Shown here piece after piece: positions 56,342 to 64,000 of a stretch of 64,000 nucleotides of DNA; the first letter of the stretch is position 1, and each line of letters starts with the position of its first letter. The DNA comes from the human T2T-CHM13v2.0 reference genome, Homo sapiens: NCBI RefSeq assembly GCF_009914755.1, contig NC_060926.1; one strand, 5' to 3'. The position numbers and the translations under genes are program-made. The notes under the pieces are model-generated. The model had not been told where the DNA came from. It saw only the letters and a list, made by a program, of their open reading frames with translations, and made no database searches.

Positions 56342-59300
56342 AGTTTTTTTTTTTTTTTTTTAAATGTGTCTTTGTCTGGTTTTGGTATCAGGATAATACT
56401 GGCCTCATAAAATGAGTTTGGAGGTATTTTCTCCTCCTCTGTTTTTCAGAATAGTTGAGTATGATTGGTGTTAGTTCTTTAAATGTTTGGTAGAATTCAG
56501 CAGTGAAGCCCTCAGGTCTTGGGCTTTCCTTTGCTGAGATACTTTTTACTTGATCTTGTTACTTATTAAGGTCTGTTCGGGTTTTAGGTTTCTTCATGTT
56601 TCAATATGTAGGTTGGATGTGTCTAGGGATTTATCAATTTCTCCTAGTTTTTCCAATTTATTGCCATATAGTTGCTCATAGTAGCCACTAATGATCAGTT
56701 GAATTTCTGCAGTGTCAGTTGTAATGTCTACTTTTTCATCACTGATTTTATTTATTTGGGTCTTCTCTCTTTTTTCTTAGTATGGCTAGAGGTTTGTGAA
56801 TTTTGTTGGTCTTTTCAAAAAACAACTTTTTGTTTCCTTGATCTTTTGTGTTTTATTTTTTAATTTCAATTTCATTTATTTCTGCTCTTATTTTTATTTT
56901 TATTATTTCTTTTCTTATACTAATTTAGGGTTTGGTTTTCTCTCACTTTTCTAGTTCTTTAAGGTGCATCATTAGGTTATTTATTTGAAGTTTTTTCTCT
57001 TTGTTGATGTAGGCACTTATAACTATAAACTTCCCTCTTAGTACTGCTTCCGCTGTATCTCTTAGGTTTTAGTATGTTGTGTTTCCATTTTCATTTGTTG
57101 CAATTAACTTTTCAGTTGCCTTCTTAATTTCTTCATTGACCCACTTGTCATTCAGGAATGCATTGTTAATTTTCATGTGTTTCTCTAGTTTTGAATATTC
57201 CTCTTGTTATTTGTTTCTAATTTTATTCCATTGTGGAAGAAAAGATGGTTGATATATTTTTGGGGTTTTAAAAAATGTTTTAAGACTTATTTTGTGACCT
57301 AACATATGGTCTGCCTTTGAGAATAATCCATGGGCTGAGGAAAAGAATGTGTATTCTGAAACCGTTGGATGAAATGTTCTGTAAATATCTATTAGGTTCA
57401 TTTGGTCTATAGTGTAGATTAGGTTCAATATTTCTTTGTTTTTCTGTCTAGAGTATCTATCCAAAGCAGAAAGTGTAGTGTTGGAGTCTCCAGCTATTAT
57501 TGTATTGGTGCCTATCTCTCACTTTAGCTTTAATAATGTTTGCTTTATATATCTGGGTGCTCTGGCATTGGGTGCATATATATTTACATTTGTTATATTC
57601 TGTTGCTGAATTGACCTCTTTGTCATTATATAGTGGCCTTCTTTGTTTCTTCTTATGGTTTTTGTCTTGAAATTTACTTTGTCTGATATAAGCATATCTC
57701 CTCCTGCTCTTTTTTCATTTTTATTAACATGGAATATCTTTCCATTCTTTTATTTTTGGTCTGTGTGCATCTTTATATGAATTGTGTGTCTTGTAGGCAA
57801 CAGATCATTGGATCTTTCTTTTTTTTTTTATTCATACAGCCACTCTATGTCTTTTGATTAGAGAGTTTTTCCATTTATATTCAACATTATTATTAATAAG
57901 TAGGAACTTATTTCTGCCATTTTGTTATTTGCTTCTGGTTGTTCTGTGGTCTTCTCTTCTTTCTCTCCTCATTTTCCTTTTAGTGAAGGTGATTTTCTCT
58001 GGTGGTACAATTTAATTTCTTACTTTCTTGTGTATATATTCATTGTATGCTTTTCAATTTGAGGGTATTTACTATAAGGCTTGAAAATAATATCTTATCA
58101 CCCATTATTTTAAGCTAATAACAAAAATATTTGCATAAACAAATAAGGAAAAAGTAAAGTAATACAAACTCTACACCTTAACTTCATTTTCCCACTTTTT
58201 AACTTTTTTTGTTTCTATTCATATCTGATTGTACTATGTCTTGAAAAGTTGTAGTTTTTATTTTTGATTGGTTCATCATTTAGTCTCTCTATTTAGGATA
58301 GTTTACACACCACAGTATACAGTGTCCTTTGGGAGTTTCGTTATTAAATGCCTTGAGGTAGGCAAAATCTGCTTGGGTTAAATTTTCTTGCTGTTCTATA
58401 ACTTTCTTGCACCTGGATATTGATATCTTTCTCTAGGTTTGGGAAGTTACTCATTATTATCCTTTTCTACCCCTATCTCTTTCCTCTTTTAGGCCAATAA
58501 TTCTTAGATTTGTCTTCTTGAGGCTATTTTCTAGATCCTGTAGGTATGCTTCATTGTTTTTTATTCTTTTTTCTTTTGCTTCTTCTGACTGTGTATTTTC
58601 AAATGGCTTCAAGCCACTAATTCTCCTGTTTGATCAATTATTCTATTAAAAGACTGTGATATACTCTCTAGTATGTCAATTGCATTTTTCAACTCCAAAT
58701 TTTCTGCTTGATTCATTTTATTTTAATGTCTTTGTTAAATTTGTCTGATAGAATTCTGAATTCTTTCTGTGTTATCTTAAATTTCTTTGAATTTCTTCAA
58801 CACAGCTCTTTTGAATTCCCTGTCTGAAAGGTCACATATCTCTTTTTCTCCAGGGGTGGTCCCTGGTGCCTTGTTTAGTTCATTTGATGAGATCATGTTT
58901 TCCTGGATGATCTTGATGCTTGTGGATGTTTGACTGTGTCTGGAAGTTGAAGAGTTATTCCTTGTAGTCTTTGCATTTTGGGCTTGTTTGTACCCATCCT
59001 TCTTGGGAAGACTTTCCAAGTATTCAAAAGGATGCAGGTGTTGTGATCTAAGCTGTATCTGCATTAGAGGGCACCCTAAGCCCAGTAACTCCATAGTTTT
59101 TGCCTGCTCATAGAGGTACTGCTTTGATAGTCTTGGTTAAGATCTCGAAGAATTATCTCGATGACCAGGCAGAGACCCCTGTTCTCTCACCTTACTTTCT
59201 CCCAAACAAACAGCCCCCCACCCCCCACTCTCTCTCTCTCTTTTCTGAGCTGCCTGCAGCTGGGGCTGGGGAAGGTGTGACACAAACACCCCTGTGGCCA

Positions 59301-62300
59301 CCACCACTGGGACTGTGCTGGGTTAGACCCAAAGCCAACATGACACAGGGTCTTACTCAAGGCCCACTGTAACCACTATTTGGCTACCACCTATGTTCAC
59401 TCAAGGCTCTGAGCTGGTCAGCAGGTGGCAAAGTGAGACAGTGTTGTGTCCTTCCCTTCAGGGCAATGAGTTCCTCCAGGCTCCAGGCAGGTCCAGAGGT
59501 GCCATCTGGGATCCAGAGACTGTAGTAAAAATCCTTAGAAGTCTACCTGGTATTCTATTGTACTGTGGCTGAGCTTGCATTCAAACCATAAGACTCTGTT
59601 CTTTCCATTCTTCCCTCCCACCCCTCATTGCATGGCTGTGATCCCAACAAGTCCATGGGGAGTACTGTCAGGCTATTGCTGTTGTTTCCTTAAGTTCCAA
59701 AGGCTCTTTAGTCAGCTTGTGGTGAATGCTGCCTGACCTGAGACTCATCCTTTTGGGCAGTAGGCTCTCCTCTGACCCAGGGTAGATACAGAAAGGCCAT
59801 CCAAGAGCAAAGGCCTGGAATTGGGGAACCCAGTAACCCACTTGGTGTTCTACCCCTGTGTGGCCAAGCTAATACCTCAGGTGCAAGACAAAGTCTTATT
59901 TACTTTGCCCTGTTATTTTCTTGAGGAGAAGGAGTCTCTTTCTATATTTACCGCAGGTTGGAATGTGCTGAGTCTCACCTGAAGCTAGCAAGTCTCAGAG
60001 TCTCACCCATGGCCCATGACATACTACCTAGGTATTACTGCTGGTTATCCAGGGCCCAAAGGCTCTTTATTCAGCAGGTGATGTGTTCTGCCAGGACTGG
60101 GTCTTTATCCTCAAGGTAGCACATTTCCTCTGCCGCAGAGTGTGTCTAGAAATGTCATCTAGGAGCTAGGGCCTCACTACTCTGACTGATGCCCTATCAT
60201 ACTGTGGCTGAGCTGGTATCCAAGATGCAAAAGAAAGTCGTTTTTACTCTTCCTTCTCCTCTCCTGAGATACAAGGAGGGAACTCTTTTGGAGCCACAAG
60301 CTGTGCAACCTGGGGTTGGGGAAAAGATGGCAGAAGCACTGCCTTAGCCACCCCAGCTGGTGTCTCAATAGGACACATATCCTGCAAGTCCACTGGCTCT
60401 GAGCCCTGTTCAACACTAGTACTAACCTAGGAGTTACAGTCCTTGTGGCCTAGACTGCCTTTCAAGTTTATTTAGAGATCCAGAGCACTTTAGCCCATGG
60501 TGGCAAGGCTTGCTGGAACTCAAGTTCCAGCTGCTGGGATGAGCAATTCCCCTTTGACTAGAGCTTGTTTAAATACTCCCTGTATGGATGGGTGTCAGCT
60601 TTTAGCCTGGTTTTGCTTTCTGCTGTTACACGGCAGCACTAAGTTGAGTGCAAGTTCTCACAATTGCTGTGCTCTCCCTCTCCCTAGCACAGAGATTTCT
60701 CTGTGATATGCAGCCACTGCCAGAGGATGGGGGAGGGGTGGCATTGGCAATATGAGGCTGTGTTTCCTAATCAGTTCAGTGCTTCTTTCAGTGGCATGAA
60801 GTTAAAACCAAGTACTGTGAGTACTCACCTGATTGTCAGTTCTTATGAAGGTGTTTTTTCATGTAAATAGCTGTTAAATTGGTGTCATTGTGGGAGGAAT
60901 CTTTGGTGGAGCTTTGTTTTCTGCCATCTTGTTCTGCCACCTCTCTTGTTTTGGAGTTGACTCGGACCAAACTGCTCAGATAGCAAAGTCATATGGCTAA
61001 TAACAATTGTCTTTGTTTCTTATACAAGAGAAGATGGTATTAGTAACTCCAATTAACAGGGTATATGTTGTGTCTTGTCTTTCTGACAATGGGACTGCCT
61101 TTGCCCTGAATTGCCCACACATTCTTTCTCAGTCCCTCTTGTAGCCAATATCAGACTTTGGCTGAAATTAAGCAGTTGGTGAAGAGCAATAGCTATGGAT
61201 TAACTAAGGGGTCCCTGTGGGGACTGAGGCTAAATACTTTTGTCTCATTAAGCTAGTGTTCTGAAGTGGAGTCACTAAGCATGTTGATCTTCTCATGGAT
61301 GCCTGTTCCAGCAACTGCAGTCTTTATGGCTACTAGTAATATTTGTGTATCCAGGTAGATTGGAATTGAAGCATTTATAGCCTTATAGGGTAGAATTATG
61401 TACTTTTGTTATTGGTACATAAAATACTGCCATGTATTTCTTTTATATTTGATTTTAACCCTAAAAATTGCAGATTTTAAAATTATTAACATTAACAGAA
61501 CTTGAGAAAAGTGTATGGTCCTGGTTTGTATTATGTTCATAACAGATTTAAAATAATAAAAAAATTGCTTGTGCCTGGAAACATGTTTTCTGTCCTGTGC
61601 ATGGGCTTTTCTCCTTCCCATCCTCTCTACAAAAACCAGAGCTGACAGGACCTGTCGGTGCTTTTATGTAAAGTGAAACAAATAAGGCTGCTTCTCAGGG
61701 AATGTTTCTTTGATTTCCTTTTCTTTTTCAATTGGTCACCATTAATTTTAAACTTTCCTGGCATTTTCTATGCAATAAGAAGAGGGAAGGGAGGAGCTTC
61801 TGGAGGGGGATTCTGGCTCTTCCTGCAAAGTGTTCACAACTGGTTGTCCATTTTGAAACACATTCTGCCTGCATACAAAGAGATCACCACCATCTTTCAC
61901 ATTCAAAGACAATTGACAGTTGGTCCAGTTGCAGGAAATAAGGGTCACAGCAATTTCCATAAGGGGCAGAGTTAATGTGATTCTGGCCACTCTTAATACT
62001 GCATGAAAATACCAAGTTTTGTGCAAAAATAATCAGCTTATTGTGCCCACCTTTATCACCAGGAAAGGAGAGCCCACAATCTCTTTTTGGAGACCTAAAA
62101 ATCTAGGGTGGCTAACTCATTTTTATTGGACAGTGGCTTCAAGCTTCTCATTGTCATCCACTTAAGAGGTTTATTGTGAAGCTCATAGCATTTCTCCTGA
62201 GCTAGTTAGAGTGGAGAGAGTGTTTGGAGGAAGAAAATTGTTTCTTAGGAAATTCCATGTTGTAAATAAATTATTTTTAAAAGACTATTTAATTTATTTA

Positions 62301-62486
62301 TTTTGGCAAAATGCAATGTTAGTTCCAATGCTTGGAGATATTTGGGGATTCCTGCTTCATGGAAAAACAACAGGACCTCATGGAAGTCTTTTGCTTGTCG
62401 GTTTGTTATTTTTCCTTAGATTCCTTTCTTTTTTTGGTATACATGAGCCAGTATTTGCTATGCATTCATCAAATATTGATGAATAG

Positions 62487-62800
62487 TGTATTAATTAGGA
62501 TTAGGTTCAGCTGCTAGTAACAGAAAAAAAATGGCAGTGGCTTAGAAAGAAAAATACATGCTTATCTTCTTTTGACATGAAATTCAGGGTGAATGAAGTC
62601 CAGGGTTGTTATGGCTGCTCTGCTCCCTCATGATCTTTCATACTCACCACTTTACTACTCCTAGACTAGAATCCTCAGCCTCATACTATCCTGTGTCACT
62701 GATGATGCAGGCTACAAGATACAATAAGGGTGATAAAGAAGAGAACAGAGGAAATTTTTTTTTCTTTGAGAGAGAGTGAGAGAGAAGGGTGGCCACCCTA
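62487..62800. mobile_element. Ancient ERVL/MaLR LTR fragment (LTR33/MLT1-like)
   Basis: TGTATTAATTAGGATTAGGTTCAGCTGCTAGTAACAGA...CAGTGGCTTAG...AAGTCCAGGGTTG. Confidence 0.55.
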
Positions 62801-64000
62801 CACTGCTAGGATGCTGTGAAATATAATTTTAATTCTGTGGAGTCCTGAATGAAGATTCTATTGCTATGGAAGAATGAGAGAATATATATTGTAGCATTAC
62901 TAGCCTTCTCTTTTGCTGTCCATTTCCCTGATTGAGACATACAAACACAGCAGAGGGGATGTAGGGCAGTTCCACCTGTTGTTTCTTCAAGGGGTAGTTT
63001 GGAAAACATGGTAGAACTGCCAAACATAATGGAATTAGCTACATGAAGTGCAAAATAAGTTACGATTACATTTGTTCTATGAAACTGTAAAATTTCTAGA
63101 TGTCCTCAAGTAGAAAATACTGAGCCAAAGAAAACTGTGAGCTGTTCGGCATAGTTCAATTAATGAGTTTTATTTTACCAGGTTGGCATTCTGCGTACCT
63201 CACTTAAATATGTTTGTTTATGTCAGGACTTGTTATGATTCTATAGCTTTGGTCACAAATGTTATACTCTCTTTCAGTAGTTCTCTGTTTTGGCCATGGT
63301 AATTTGTGGTTTTATTTGTGGCACCTGAGGTTATTTGAAAATCATATCAACAAATTTTGTTTGTTTCTCTCTTGTAATTTCTTGGTGCCTATGTCTCTTC
63401 CTCTCAGTCTTTATCTACAGCTTGTGATCCAGTCTGTTCCATGACTAGTTTACAATTTTTTTGTTTCATTTTGGCTAAACTGGACAAAAGTAATCTGTGG
63501 TGTCCCTTGGTCAGGAGAAACAGCAACAGGACGATCAGGACCGTGGACAGCGACACTCAAATTCCAGGCTCTAACTCCACACTTCTACAAAAGCTTTGTT
63601 TCTGTGTTTGAATGTCCTAACCCTGAGGCAGCAGAGATTCAGGTGAGAGAGTCTGGAAGGGGACAGCACTAGGGGAAAAAGTGAGGAGTGGCTTCCTATA
63701 TAGCTCCCTACCCACTTCCTTCTGTGCTCCTTCACCCTCATCCCCACCTCACCAAGCAGAGAAGTTTCTCTCCTGAACTCCCCAACCTCTAATTAATTTC
63801 CAACATCTACCTCTATTACCAAACTTTGGGAAGTATGATAAACTTAAGGTGGTTTCTCATAATTTACTCGGATGAAATTTATTAAACATTTGGGCATCTT
63901 ACTGGTTTTAGTTTGTTTTCAATTCAAGTGAATGAATGAAGCACAATTCAAATTATTTGATATATTGCCAAGATTAAGAGGAATTCCTGGAACCCTGCGT

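Noticed and set aside
61658-62026. Overlapping ORFs on both strands in apparently unique sequence
   Set aside because: No recognisable protein similarity or flanking splice sites; more likely a non-coding element

Overview
Human (Homo sapiens) non-coding genomic DNA: AT-rich, CpG-depleted and dominated by interspersed repeats. The species call rests on a near-perfect human-specific AluYa5 at 21349-21650. I see no supportable protein-coding gene, tRNA/rRNA, CpG island or CRISPR array. The ORFs I can assign are Alu-, L1-, LTR- or MER-derived; the rest resemble no protein I recognise and look like chance frames. The main structure is a ~10 kb nested stack at 50750-60945: an old, nearly full-length minus-strand L1MA interrupted by a solo LTR13A (HERV-K HML-4), a 5'-truncated L1PA carrying a ~190-bp 3' transduction, and an AluY. 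Other points of interest are a probable poly(A)-only retroinsertion whose target site was re-hit by an AluY, closely spaced inverted Alus, several candidate small exons on both strands (best: a 35-nt minus-strand exon at 50327-50361 and a 148-nt non-coding plus-strand exon at 22346-22493), and a few enhancer-like motif clusters. Repeat subfamily names come from recalled consensus features and need RepeatMasker/Dfam confirmation; boundaries of old elements are approximate. I could not identify the locus and found no evidence of a new biological system.
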